This document shows positions 27,765 to 41,164 of a stretch of 64,000 nt of DNA, in pieces. Source of the stretch: Octopus sinensis (taxonomy: Eukaryota). The stretch spans positions 62,000,001-62,064,000 of the forward strand of contig NC_043008.1 of assembly GCF_006345805.1 (NCBI RefSeq). The letters run 5' to 3'. The translations under genes and the position numbers were made by a program. The notes below the pieces were generated by a model. The model saw only the letters and a program-made list of their open reading frames with translations, was not told the origin of the DNA and searched no databases. The stretch's first letter is position 1; every line of letters begins with the position of its first letter.

Positions 27765-28655
27765 TGTAAAAAGCCTCCCCTCCATTGTTTTCCAACATTA
27801 TCCATATTTTTCAACCTCCGTCTCTGCAAGAAATAAGCCGTGGCTTGGAAAATGTTGTAATCTTGAAGCGCAAGGTCTGGGATGTAAGCTGCATGAGACA
27901 GCACTCCCATCACCTCAAGTTCCTTAAGGATGCTTTTGGTCATATTGACAGTGGGTGCTGGGGACCATGCTGTTGGAGAGCGCGTCTTTGACTGGCCAAT
28001 GCCGGGTAACCGAACTTTCAAAGCATCATATACTCACTGTAGCTGTTGAGCATAAAAGTTAGCATTTATAGTATATGTGGGACAAGCTCAAAATGGAATA
28101 CAATCTGAAAATTTTACCATACACAGAACATAAAAGTCTGTTGAAAACACCCTTATTTGACAACAGGTACGGAAGCCTGGCCAGATCAAAGCCACTTATT
28201 TCTCTTGTTGCGTTTACAAAACTAGATCCATTGTTCCTCCCCAGTTACAATTTGACACCGATAACGAACATCTGAAGATTTGCCAGTAGGTGTTTTAAAA
28301 TGTTCTCATGTCGTCAAGCCTGGCCACTGTTCAGTTCATGAGAAGCTTCTCGACAGCGTCTGTTCACAAGGCCGAACTTATGGAGGTATCGACTGATGCT
28401 GCTTTGAGAAGGACGAGGATCTGAAGACAGTGCACGAGTGCTCGTGCGTATGATTTTAAAATATTTTAGGCCTAAGTCTCATCTTCCAAAACACTCCTTG
28501 ACTTTGGTTTGTCTTCGGGGCTGATTCCACCTTCCTTGAAACGTCTGAACCAGATTTGTTCCACATTTTCGTTATCAGTTTCTGGGCCTTCCGCATCGTT
28601 AGTTTGTTTTGCCAGCAGTGTGAAATGGCTCTAATTGCAATTTCTTTCACCACTC
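27765..28655 (-). pseudogene. Near full-length decayed mariner transposase
   Basis: Minus strand in order: IWFRRFKEGGISPEDKP (HTH), SISRYLHKFG, QIVTGEEQWI (first D motif), FMFCVW..FHFEL, TINANFYAQQL, LQQHGPSTH (LxHDNARPH) and YIPDLALQDYNIFQ (YSPDLAPxDY). Many stops and frameshifts. Confidence 0.85.
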
Positions 28656-29609
28656 ATTATAAAAGGTGAAAAAATAAAGACTAAACAATTACTGCTTATA
28701 TGTTATATACGAAAATAAAGAACAAACAATTCACAACGATTGGATAAGTTTGATTAAATTAATGATATTGCATGAAGATACAAGTTGTCAAAAATAGCAG
28801 TGAAAATCCGATAAAAAGTTCACACTCAACCTGGCTCACACACGCAAACAGACATACACACGCATGTGGATTGTGTGTGTGTCTGTGTGTGTGTTTGAAA
28901 GCCAAATAAAAATGGCTTCCCCGATATCTTTTTCCTGTAATAATTAGTTGTTTATAAATCATTAGGTGCTTACGAATTGTGATTCTGTTAAGTGTGTCTC
29001 ACTTAAAAGCAGTTTTCAAACTGATATTCTAGAATTTGTCATCTGATGATTAAGTAGGACTCTTGAACTGAGAACATACACACGTACATACAGACACACG
29101 CACACATGCCTGCATGTATGCAGACATACACAGACATACACATACAGAACATATATATACATATATCCATGCACATATAATCATACATACATTCGTACAC
29201 ATACATACACACATGTGTTCGTATATAAAGAGGAGAAAAAGGAAATGAAGACGGTCAAATGTATATATTTTGCTCTTATAACTATTGCGATTTGTTCAAT
29301 TTTTCTGAGTATCTTCGATTTTAGTTTAAGTCAATACGAGGTGCAACATTTTCGAATTGGCAAATTTTGCTGCACTGTTTCAAATGCGTCACGAAACGAC
29401 AAAACATTAGCAACATAAAGGCATCATCAAACTTCATCAATAGCAGAATGAAATATGGAAGTTTTTTTTTCTACTCCTCCCTGTATAAAGCTCGTTTTAC
29501 TACCTAGGTATCAACCATGTAATTTCCTTGTAGAATCAACCATTTGCAACTACTTCTCAGAATAAGTTTTGTTGTACAGCTTTTGCTTAATATGTTTATT
29601 TTATTCGAC

Positions 29610-29822
29610 AGGCGAAGAGCTGGCAGAAACGTTAGCACGACGGGTGAAACGCTTAGTGGTATTTCGTCTGTCTTTACGATCTGAGTTCAAATTCAGCCGA
29701 GGTTGACTTTGCCTTTCATCCTTTCGGGGTCGATAAATTAAGTACAAGTTGCGAACTGGGGTCGATCTAATCGACTGGCTCCCTCCCCCCAAATTTCGGG
29801 CCTTATGCCTAGAGTAGAAAGG
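29610..29822 (+). mobile_element. SINE family 2, tail type A
   Basis: Head, Meta-like domain, and tail ending ...cctagagtagaaag. Confidence 0.88.
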
Positions 29823-31520
29823 AATGTTTTGCTTCTCCAGTTTTGGCCAGTAAACATTTTTATGTTTTGTAAATCATATCTAACATCAATCAAATTAGCG
29901 TTTTTTTTTCCTAATTGAAATCAAATTACTAATAAATAATTTATCAAATTACAAACCTTTTCAGCGAATAAACTGCTGTTGGTGGGATTTGTTTTCGACT
30001 GCAAAAAGAATTGATCAAACGCCAAGTATGGAGAAATTGGAGGAAACTATAATTAATTTGAGAATCCACGCTTAAAAACATATATAGAACACATTGAAGA
30101 AAAAATAATAATCATAAAAATTTACTTTAAATGAAAATTTCTTTCTAATTAGAGATATTTTAAATTATTGTAGATCAATGTCAGAAGATGGTAATATTAG
30201 AGAAGGAAGAAGAAAAAAACATACAACAAAAATTCGAAGTAGATTGTGTCTGGCACAAGTAAAACTTTTGTTAATATATTTCCGGAAATATTTATTTTGA
30301 GTAAATTATAGACGGTGAGAAACAAATACTTGTGTTTGCTGTTCGGTTAGATAATTTGAATCGAATGTTAGAATAAAGAAATATAAAATGGATGAAATAT
30401 ATTTGTTTATATTAATTAGAGAGAAATACATCATTATCAAGTTAGAATTACCTTATTGTTTAAATTGATTGAATGGCTGTAGTTTCAACGAGTATATATA
30501 GTTTTCTCAACAACTGTCTCATCCAAACTAAACAATCACATGTCTAGAGAATAAACCTCCTTCTTGATATTCCCATTTATATTAACCATTTCACATTAAC
30601 CTTATAGAAAGAATCAGTAGTTTAGTGAATAAAACTCAATGTTAGTATTTCCATGCAGGAATAAACCCTGAATCCGCATTTTCTTGTGTATTTCACCCTC
30701 GTTTCTTTCACTCTAAAGCAATTTGTTTTGAAGTAAAAATATTAGATCCATTATTTGACGGTAACATGTGACACTGATTCAAGCGTTTCAAAGATATACC
30801 CTTCATGTTGTTGCTCTATTTGTGAAAAGTAGAAACCAAACCAATCAATAATCACGCCTTAAGGTCCTTTTAGAAGACAGGACACTCTGATCAATGTAGA
30901 CCGCTGTATAACCATACCCGAATAAAAGGATCAGATAATCACAATTGGAATGCCTTTGAACATCGATTTATTTGATCAGTGATTAATTCTGGCTTATCAA
31001 ATAAGGTAACTATTGTAACATAGCAGCACATATGACATCATGTAGCATGAAAACGTGACATGCTAACTAAATATCTTCCAAATTTTAGGAGCGTTTAAAC
31101 ATTCAACGCGAGGCTCCAATCTAATAATTTTTAAAAGAGTTTTAACAGTATTAAGTAAATAATAAATATCTATGTCTCACGCCATCACATCGATAGAACG
31201 TCCACCTGTATATTACAGCCTGGAGATCATTTTCTTGCTGATGTTGTTCAGGATGCTATTGGTATTCTTGCTGAGATCAGAATTAGACTCGGTTGACTAG
31301 GCTTATGATCGAAAGCACTACAGTCGTGACTATCCGGTCTCTTCTTCAGTTACTGAATTATCCAAGTAACTTGTAGTATTTTATCCTTTTTTTCCCCTCA
31401 TTTTCTAATTCTTAAAATCAGAGCTGTTGATCCTTGCCTGATTAATTCTATTACCAATGTGTGTGGGAAACAGATAATTGGATTACTTGTTAGTTCCCTT
31501 AGTAAGGCCGATGAAACCAT

Positions 31521-31920
31521 GTGGCTAACAGAGGCAAGCCAATTCTCTTGCAAGACAATGCTCGACCACATGTTGCACAAAGAAAACTACACAAGTTACA
31601 GGAACTGAACTTGGAAGTACTTTGTCGTCCATCATATTCACCAGACCTTGCACCAACAGACTATCACGTTTTCCAGGCATTAGAAAACGTCTTTCAAGGG
31701 AAAATCTTCAAATCTGAAGAAGATGCAAAAACAATCATTCGTAATTTCATCACCTCTTGCGCTCTAGAATTCTTTAAATCAATACCTACAGCTTTCAGAA
31801 AGTAAGCTCCATTTCCAATTAATCAACCGAGATTGGCTAACAGAGGCAAGCCAATTCTCTTGTAAGACAATGCTCGACCACATGTTGCACAAAGAAAACT
31901 ACACAAGTTACAGGAACTAG
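31521..31920 (+). pseudogene. Mariner transposase catalytic-domain fragments, rearranged
   Basis: ORF 31521..31805 contains ILLQDNARPHV and YSPDLAPTDYHVFQAL, hallmark mariner DD34D motifs. The DNARPH segment is duplicated at about 31815-31918. Confidence 0.9.
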
Positions 31921-32432
31921 TAGTTCGCTGGAGACTTTTGTTGTTTTTGTCAGCATTAACCACTAATTCATTAATTCAGCTCCATGGGTAATATTTCAAG
32001 ATGATTTCTTATTCCTTGCCTATTTTAAACAAGAGGAACTGGAACTTTATAAACACTTCTGCATACAATAGCCCATGTAAAACCTAGACATGCGTTTATC
32101 GTCTCTTACAACATAAAACTTCACTCGGGTGACCCGCCCTGAGTTGATTAAACTTGGGTATGATTGCAAGTCATATTCTTCCAACCCTACCTGGAGATTC
32201 TTGAGTTTTCTTTTATGACTCTTCTTCTGCCCATTTCTGTAATGCTTATGGTTTCATCGGCCTTACTAAGGGAACTAACAAGTAATCCAATTATCTGTTT
32301 CCCACATACATTGGTAAGTAGAATTAAACAGGCAAGCATTAACAGCTCTGTCTAAACTAATAAATGAGACACTTACAGGTTCTATACGAAATATTGCAGC
32401 AAAGGAAACTATATAATATAGGCTTCAGATGA

Positions 32433-32632
32433 AGCGGCGAGCTGGCGGAATCGTTAGCACGCCGGGCAAAATGCTTAGCGGCATTTCCACCGTCTTTACG
32501 ATCTGAGTTCAAGTTCTGCCGAAGTCGACTTTGCCTTTCATTCTTTCGGAGGAACAATGAACACTAGGGTCGATGTAATCGACTTCCTCGCACTCCCGAA
32601 ATTGCTGACTTTATGCCAACATTTAAAACCAA
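32433..32632 (+). mobile_element. SINE family 2, diverged
   Basis: ggcgagctggcggaatcgttagcacgcc...gtcgactttgcctttcat. Confidence 0.8.
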
Positions 32633-33070
32633 TACTGAATTGAGAATGTACTCTTCTCCTAGAAAACTACAAGATGCTATTCCGAACTCATGATCCGCGA
32701 ATCCGTGGTTCTCCACACAATCCAACCATATATGGTATTGAAGTGTGAGTTCTGTGCGTCGTCCAGTTAGCTATAGCACGTGTAAAAAGTGTGGTATCAT
32801 TGTTCTCAACATAAATATTTTACAACGCGACATTACTGAGGCAGGTGAAAAAATATTGTTTCAAAATAGTCGTAATGTAAATCTTAATAGTGTCTCCTTA
32901 CAAAGCTAATTATCTCAGTCTGCAGCACGACATCTGCTACTTCGAAAACCACGATATTTCTTAACTTTCTACTAACATATCAAAACTGATGATTAATTTC
33001 CATTCACAAATGCATACGTACATATACATATATATATATATGCACACACAGACACACTCACACATATATG

Positions 33071-33118
<48 letters not shown>

Positions 33119-33133
33119 GCATACACACACACA

Positions 33134-33171
<38 letters not shown>

Positions 33172-33267
33172 GAAACATAGATATACATATATATATATTT
33201 ATATGAATATATTTGGATGCATTCATACGCGTAAGTATTATATGTGTGTGTATATATATATATTTAC

Positions 33268-33339
<72 letters not shown>

Positions 33340-33370
33340 GAAACATAGATATACATATATATATATATAT

Positions 33371-34250
33371 AATTTCAACAATTGAGGGTAAAATTAATTA
33401 ATTAATCAATTTCACCAAGTGTTCAGTATGCAAAGGGACCATTTAAGGCGAATTCAAATTATTACATTATATAAAAGGGCTTAGTAAAATAAATTACTTT
33501 GCCGCATACTGAACTCATTAGAAATAGCAGCTAAAAAAACATTTATAAAACTATTTCTAATACTTAAAGAAAACCTCTCTCATATAGCGTTTGCTCAATT
33601 CAACTCACGGAAGTATGGGGGGTAGAGACATTAAAAAATCAGATGCAAAGGTTATTTGAGAACGTACGTTTCAAGATTAGTCAAACTCGACTCTTCTATC
33701 ATCAGCTCAGAACTCCCTGGTTTGGATTTGAAAACACTGAAAGTGGGAGCATACTCCTTCGGCCTCCTATCGCTTCTGAAGATCCGCTCGTAACTAACAG
33801 TGCCAACAAACTCAAATATGCAAGCGAAGAATTTCTGCTCTCCCCTTTCCACCAGCGTGGGTTAAAATCAGCAAACACTATGCTTTTTTCGGTAAAATCC
33901 GAGGCATTTAAGTAGAGAGAGATGAATTATAATTTCAACAATTGAGGGTAAAATTAATTAATTAATCAATTTCACCAAGTGTTCAGTATGCAAAGGGACC
34001 ATTTAAGGCGAATTCAAATTATTACATTATATAAAAGGGCTTAGTAAAATAAATTACTTTGCCGCATACTGAACTCATTAGAAATAGCAGCTAAAAAAAC
34101 ATTTATAAAACTATTTCTAATACTTAAAGAAAACCTCTCTCATATAGTGTTTGCTCAATTCAACTCACGGAAGTATGGGGGGTAGAGACATTAAAAAATC
34201 AGATGCAAAGGTTATTTGAGAACGTACGTTTCAAGATTAGTCAAACTCGA
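33371..34250 (-). mobile_element. Penelope-like or retrozyme-like element: one 559-bp unit plus a partial tandem copy within TA-rich repeats
   Basis: 33371-33690 is repeated almost exactly at 33930-34250. It shares terminal motifs (gagggtaaaattaatta, agaaatagcag) with the 603-bp array and carries a hammerhead motif. Confidence 0.65.
33651..33713 (-). ncRNA. Type I hammerhead ribozyme motif with canonical CUGAUGA core
   Basis: Minus strand GUUCUGAG-CUGAUGA-UAGAAGAGUC(GAGUUU)GACUAAUCUU-GAAAC-GUAC-GUU-CUCAAAUAAC. Stem I UGAG/CUCA plus GUU/AAC; stem II AGA/UCU plus AGUC/GACU; 2-bp stem III with a palindromic GUAC loop. Confidence 0.75.
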
Positions 34251-34558
34251 CATATATTTATATGAATATATTTGGATGCATTCATACGCGTAAGTATTAT
34301 ATGTGTGTGTATATATATATATATTTACATATATACATATATATATATATACATATACATATAACTATAGAAACATAGTTATATATATATATGTATATGA
34401 ATATATTTGGATGCATTCAAACGCGTAAGTATTATATGTGTATATATATATATATATATATTTACATATATACATATATATAGAGAGAGAGGGGAGGAGA
34501 GAGAGAAGGGGAGAGAGAGACAGATAGATAAACATTCAGCCAAAAAGGATGCTACAAG

Positions 34559-34589
<31 letters not shown>

Positions 34590-35546
34590 CATCTTTGGGA
34601 TTAATTAAATTTTGTTCTTTCATGTTATCAAGGAGATCGCGAACATGCTGCTATTCTTTATGAGACCCCCCTGAGGTTTGCGCATATCAGAAGTAATGAG
34701 TATATATTCATGCGTCTACGTATAAATGGATGTTAGAGTTTATGGCCGGTGGTATATGTATGAATGAATATATACAATTGGTTGTTTGTTACCACTTTTT
34801 CTTAAGTTTCACTTTTACTGAGTATCTTATGCGTGAGTAGGTTACTATGTCTCTTCGTAGTGCATGTATATATCAGTATATTTTGCTCCAATCAAGCAGA
34901 TTTGTTATAGTTCTTTACCAATAACACCAACTGAAAGTAATGTAATAGCTTCCATTTAGCAACAACCACTTGCTATTGTCATGAATACATGTAACTACTA
35001 ATTCTTAGTTGTCTCTCAGGAGCCAAAGAAGATAATTTATGAAACCTGTATGATATTATATAAGCTGTCTGTTATTATATAGCAAAATATCCTGTTACAC
35101 AGAAGCAGTCCTACGCCCCTTTAGCTTCAAAGTTATTTCACGAAAACTTACATATATCAAGTATTAATGCACTGGGTTATCATGCCTACTCTTCATAATG
35201 TGTTATTGCAATATATTTTCCCCTAACGTTTTAATATCTTCTCTCTAAATTTTTTTCTGAATATCTAAGCTTTTAGAAATAAAACATTATTTAGTATTTC
35301 TTTAAAGAGAATTTGTGTGGAAGATCAAAATAATTCCAAGAATAAGTTTTTCTTGATGCTATATGCAAGGTTTTTGAACTAAACGTTTCGGGTTCAATTC
35401 CACTGGCCAAATTTCTTCTACACCGTGTCGACCAATGTCTTAGAGTGAATCTGGCAGTGAGCAAATGTGGCAAACCGTCATATGTGTGTGCTGATGGTTG
35501 TGTGTATATGTATGTATATATAAACCAATATTATTGCATTAGTTTA

Positions 35547-36125
35547 GGCGGCGAGCTGGCAGAATCGTTAGCATCATTTAGTCCGTCTTAACATTCTGAG
35601 TTCAAATACCGCCAAGATTAACTTTAATCTCTTTTACTTGTTTCAGTCATCTGACTGTGATCATGCTGGAGCACCGCCTTTAGTCGAGCAAATCGACACC
35701 AGGGATTATTCCTTGTAAGCTTAGTACTTAATTTATCGGTCTCTTTTGCCGAACCGCTAAGTTACCGGGACGTAAACACGCCAGCATCGGTTGTCAAGCA
35801 ATGTTGCTAGGGGGGGGGGCAAACACAGACATACAAACATATGTACATACATATATACGATGGGCTTCTTTCAGTTTCCATCTACCAAATCCACTCACAA
35901 CACTTTGGTCGGCCCGAGGCTATAGTAGAAGACACTTACCCAAGGTGCGACGTAGTGGGACTGAACCTGGAACCATGTGGTTCGTAAGCAAGCTACTTAC
36001 CATATTCATTTTTGTTTTTCGGGGTCGATAAAATAAGTACCAGTTGAGCACCGAGGTCAATATAATCGACTTAACCCATCCTCCGAAATTGTTGGTCTTG
36101 TACTGAAATTTGAAATCAATATTAT
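35547..36125. mobile_element. Nested SINEs: family 1 (minus, about 35625-36002) inside family 2 (plus)
   Basis: The family-2 head at 35547-35625 breaks off and resumes at about 36015 (ttttcggggtcgataaaataagtacc). Confidence 0.8.
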
Positions 36126-36580
36126 CCACTGTAATTATCATTTTGGTTTCAGAAAGATCAAACAATAAATATTTACACAACACTGAAAATTGCGGTTCTT
36201 TCTCTCTACCAGGTTCGGAAGCCTTGAAAAGAAGAGTCATCATCGTAAGGCATACAAAATGTTCCTGGGGTATTTGAAATAACAAAGTAGAAACATTGAA
36301 CACAATATTACTCTCTTTAACCAGACATCTTACTCGTTAACTTAAGCAAAAATTAAGGATTTTATGTCGAACATTAGATTTTAACTACTACCCTTACCCA
36401 CATTCCTTAAAGATCATAATGCTGTTTCGATTGGTTCAAGGGTTCCAAACAAAACAAAAAATTAAACATTATATGTCAGTTAAATGCTAATGAACATTCT
36501 GGATGTCATTTGAGCATATTTTATCTACGTAAAAACTACTGGACCAGCTAGTCTGTTTGTCTATGCCTCACATGCACAAA

Positions 36581-36780
36581 TACGAAGGAGTGCTGAAATG
36601 TTCCTGTCGCGAAAGGCCTGGCTGGAGGCCCAAATTCTGAGTTCATTTTCAAGGCTTGGAAGGACTGCTGCAATAAGTGTGTGAATCCAAGAGGGGATTA
36701 TGTTGAATAAAATCATAATTAAATGGTCCTCCTGTATTTTCTTTTACCCAAAGCAAAGAACTTTTCAGCACCCCGTCCTA
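36581..36780 (+). mobile_element. 200-bp mariner-derived MITE with TA ends
   Basis: Left TA-cgaaggagtgctgaaatgttc and right gaacttttcagcaccccgtcc-TA are imperfect inverted repeats. The internal CVNPRGDYVE* is a mariner C-terminus. Confidence 0.8.
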
Positions 36781-37639
36781 TATATATACATATACACACT
36801 CTCTCTTTCTCTCTCTCTCCCCAACTCTCTCTCTATCTATGTATCTATCTATCTACATACCTTTCCCCCTTTCTCTGACTTTCATGCAAACTCAGGATCA
36901 GGCATAATGAAAGATAGAAGCGTTGAATTGCAAGTTCATTAGGGTATCAAATAAAACGGCTAATGATAACCCTTCATGCACAGGTTTTCTTTGCTTTTAG
37001 CTTTATGGGAGTCGATAAATAAAGTAACAGTTGTCAATACCCGTCTCTCTCTCTCTTTCTCTCTACCTCTCTCCTCATTTTCACTCCCTTTCTTTCTCTC
37101 TCTCTCTCTCTCTCTTCCCTTTCCCTTTCTCTCTGGCAGAAACTTGTTTTTTTAAACTTGGAGATCGATGTGCTCCACTAGGTTTACAATCGAAATATAC
37201 TCTGTGTCCCACGGCCAGAGATATCTTACTATAAATACTATGTTCACTGCAACAGCCAGCCATATGTTGGTCATAGACTCATCAATATACTTTAAATGAC
37301 GATTTGGGCTCACTTCTATTCAACATTAGAAGCGCGTATATAATTTTGTATACAGTTATATAAAGATATGAAAAAAATATACATTTCGTTTATAATTTAT
37401 GTAAATATCATCTTATTCCTTTCTGTTTTGATTGTATAGCTATATTTTGATGATATAAAATATGATGTATTCTGTTAAAAAAAAACAGTAGGCTATGTAT
37501 AGAATTATGTTTCCACTCTGTTAGAAAAATTAAAACAGTAGGTCATGTATAGAATTATGTTTTCACTCAAGATACATCAATTTATATGTAACTCTCTCTG
37601 CGATGCATACCAGAGTATTCTACTCAACATATTAATCTT

Positions 37640-38342
37640 AAATTTTATATATTCTACCTATGTTCTGATTTACGTGACTGTTTCACTTGCCAAAAACAAC
37701 AGCCAAACTTCTTTAAATCAATACATACAGCTTTCAGAAAGTAAGCTCCATTTCTAAGAACATTTGCCAGGACAGCAAAGAATAGCAACTTTCAAGACGA
37801 CGTTTCATTTGATGCTCGTTCATTTCATGTGGTACCCACTTTTCCAGCTTCATTACCTTGCCGATTTGTTTCAGATGGTCCAATACAGTCGGAATCGAAA
37901 CATCACACTTTGATGCTAACCCACACGTAGTTTGAAATGTATTTGCTTCCACTACAGTTTCCAGCTCATCATTATCCACCTTGGTTCCAGGTCTACCACG
38001 GGGCTAATTTTCAAGAGTAAAGTCACCAGACGGGAACTACTCAAACCATCGACGTACAATGCGCTCATTCGCCACATCTTCACCAAACAACTGATTGATG
38101 CTTCAAGCTATTTAGGATGCATTGTTTACACGGCGGAAGTCATATTTATAAGCAACACGATTTTTTTTTATCTAGCCATGGGTTCACAAAAATCGATTTA
38201 CAAGAAAAAACATTTCGAAAACTGATGACGTAATTTTTCAATGTTGTAAAACAAAGAATTGTCAGAATAATGCTTTAGAGTTAACGACTGTCAAACTTGG
38301 TGCGTAGGAAAATCAGACATTTCATTCTTAATGACCTGATAT
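37640..38342 (-). pseudogene. Internally deleted mariner: N-terminal half fused to the C-terminal end
   Basis: Minus strand INQLFGEDVANERIVRRWFE...PRGRPGTKVDNDELETVVEAN...TVLDHLKQIGKVMKLEKWVPHEM (WVPHEL motif), then directly W-Q..NGAYF. A TIR-like end lies near 38310-38342. Confidence 0.85.
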
Positions 38343-40745
38343 TAGATTTGCAATATCAATTGTGGAATGTATTGCCTGATTGGAAAAATACTCAATACAG
38401 TACGTGCAACATGACGTAGGTTAATATTTTTATCTAATCTTAGATTTTCTTTAACAATTCAAATTCCAAGAAATCCAGAGATAACATATTCAAATTCACA
38501 CATTTTCAGGAAATTGTAACACCAGTATATATAAAAATAACAACGAATGTAGATAATAAAAAAAAACGATCTTTTTCTTTTTTTATATTAACATTACCAT
38601 GACTAAATTGGGTTTATCATCCATGTTCTCTCGTTTATGTTTAATGGTTTATATGAGCTGCATGAGTGATATAGATTTATCTTTCTGACAAGCCTTCATG
38701 AATCACTACGATTTATTCTGGATAGGGATCAATATTCGACGAAACAACACAAAGGATCTGCGAAGATTGATCCACAAATGGATCTTATGAATTATGAAGA
38801 ACACTATACCTCGTATTTATTAAATAAATGGTGTATTAGATTAAGGATTGGAACCATACTTTGAAGAAAAGATAATTTATCGAAATATTCCTTGTTATAT
38901 TATGTATTATTTATCGACAAGAGTAGATTCCATGTTAAAGCAATAAATGAATAAATTGTCTTTCTGTAATTCATGTTATATTCTTTATTTTGAATATCAA
39001 TATAAGGGGACAAGCCTAGATAATTATTTTGGTTGGTGCCTTAAAACGATGAGCAGAGGCTCATATCTCACAAACAGCACCCTACTAGATAATGCGATAA
39101 AATATTGAACCACTAAGCCTCGCTCAAGATGAACAAGTAAAGGATTTCTCTTTAGGATCTATGCTCAACTCAGCATTTTAAGGGTTAGCTTTTCTGCTGG
39201 ATGTGAGTTTTATTTAACGTTGAATAGTACCAATTTGTTAGAGCGGTGAAGTTCTGAATTTGTGCAATCTTAGTTCATATCTCGCTAACGAGCTTAACTC
39301 TGCCTTTCATCTTTTCAGGGTCGATAAATTAAATGTATCAATCAAAGGTGATGAATTTATAGAACTGTCGAAGCAGCTATCTAGTTGCATTGTGGTGTCT
39401 GGTGTTCTCTACTTCTTCGATGACAATGCCACCAAGCTATATCAGCCAAAAGTAGCAGCCTTTAACTTGAAGTGGAGAAGGTGACTTGCTTGTATAGGCA
39501 ACTGCTAATCGTTCTTAAAATAATCTTGCCCAGGCAAGATACTTATACAGATATAACATCAAACTTCACCGTCAAATGTCCTGCTTTTAGTGTTCGATTT
39601 ATAAGGCGTAGTACATAGTATAAGGAGTTGTATATAGGCTCTGGACCATTAAAGCGTTGTCTTCAGCTTAAGACATTTTTCAAGTAAAATTTATCTCACG
39701 ACTTTTAGCGGTTTAGATTTAACTCAGGAGAATTAAACAATTCGTCCTTCGTTCATGAGTTTTTAGTGTTAGTATTTATCTCATCAATTTAAATTAGTTA
39801 GTATTACTTTTCCTCAGTATTTTTAATGATCTACACTCAGTTCAAGATTTTAAGAGTAACGGTTTTCTTAAATATTTAAGGATTAGCTCAGGGAATTTAA
39901 AGAAACAGGTTTTATCTCTGAAACTTACTGTTAGCTATGTAAGTTTCTTTTTTTTTTCAATTTAGTATTTGATATCTTTTCTTTAAAGTATATTGTGGAA
40001 ATTAATGGAAAAGTGGCTGCCATTTTTAGAAAGTTCAACGACTTCGCATAGGCGTTCATGTTTGTTGATGATATATTTCTTATTATATGTGTATGCAATA
40101 TAAGTTTATTAAAGTTTGCGTGTAAACAAAGTTTAGTATGTGTTACTGTATATAGAATCTAATTCTCCCAAATTTATAGATATGCTCCTGAACAATTTAT
40201 ACTTACAGAAACGCAAACGGAAACTTGTAAAAATACTTTTACAGTTTTATTTACTATCATTTCAAACAGAAACACTTTAATACTAGTAACGCAATACTCA
40301 AGATGGTTCTTATAAATGAAATATTCAATTTTGGCAACAATTATCAAACCATATATCTGAGACAAAGGAATACAACTTTTGTAAAATGGTTAAGTATAAC
40401 TATAAATATTTATGACAAGCAAAACATGGTTCTTCGAAGACCACTCAATGTTTTACGGGCTGAAATTTATTTTCATGATTAAACGTATTGGTCCATTTCC
40501 AATTTAAACTGATGCAAAGATATTTAGAAGATTTATAAAGGCAACTCTGTAATTGCCACAAGTATCAAACTACATTTTAAATCAAGATAGTGTAAACCGA
40601 TATTGAATTAAGACCTTGTCAGCTTTTATACTAGACACACACTGACATTATAGTAGAGGAGTATATTTGGAACCAGTGATTAAACTTTGATCATAGTTGT
40701 CTAGCAAACTTGTGTTTATAGTCCAACCCTCAGTTCAGCTTTGAC

Positions 40746-41164
40746 AAGGCGACGTGCTGGCAGAAACGTTAGCACGCCGGGCGAAGTGCGTAGCCGTATT
40801 TCGTCTGCCGTTACGTTCTGAGTTCAAATTCCGCCGAGGTCGACTTTGCCTTTCATCCTTTCAGGGTCGATAAATTAAGTACCAGTTACGCACTGGGGTC
40901 GATGTAATCGACTTAATCCGTTTGTCTGTCCTTGTTTGTCCTCTCAGTGTTTAGCCCCCTTATGGGTAGTAAAGAAATAGGTATTTCGTCTGCCCTTACG
41001 TTCTGAGTTCAAATTCCGATGAGGTCGACGTTGCCTTTCATCCTTTCGGGGTCGATAAATTAAGTACCAGTTACGCACTGGGATCGATGTAATCGACTTA
41101 ATCCGTTTGTCTGTCCTTGTTTGTCCCCTCTGTGTTTAGCCCCTTGTGGGTAGTAAAGAAATAG
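40746..41164 (+). mobile_element. SINE family 2 dimer (full copy plus 5'-truncated unit)
   Basis: The junction aaagaaatag|gtatttcgtc at 40980/40981 is identical to the octamer junctions. Confidence 0.9.
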
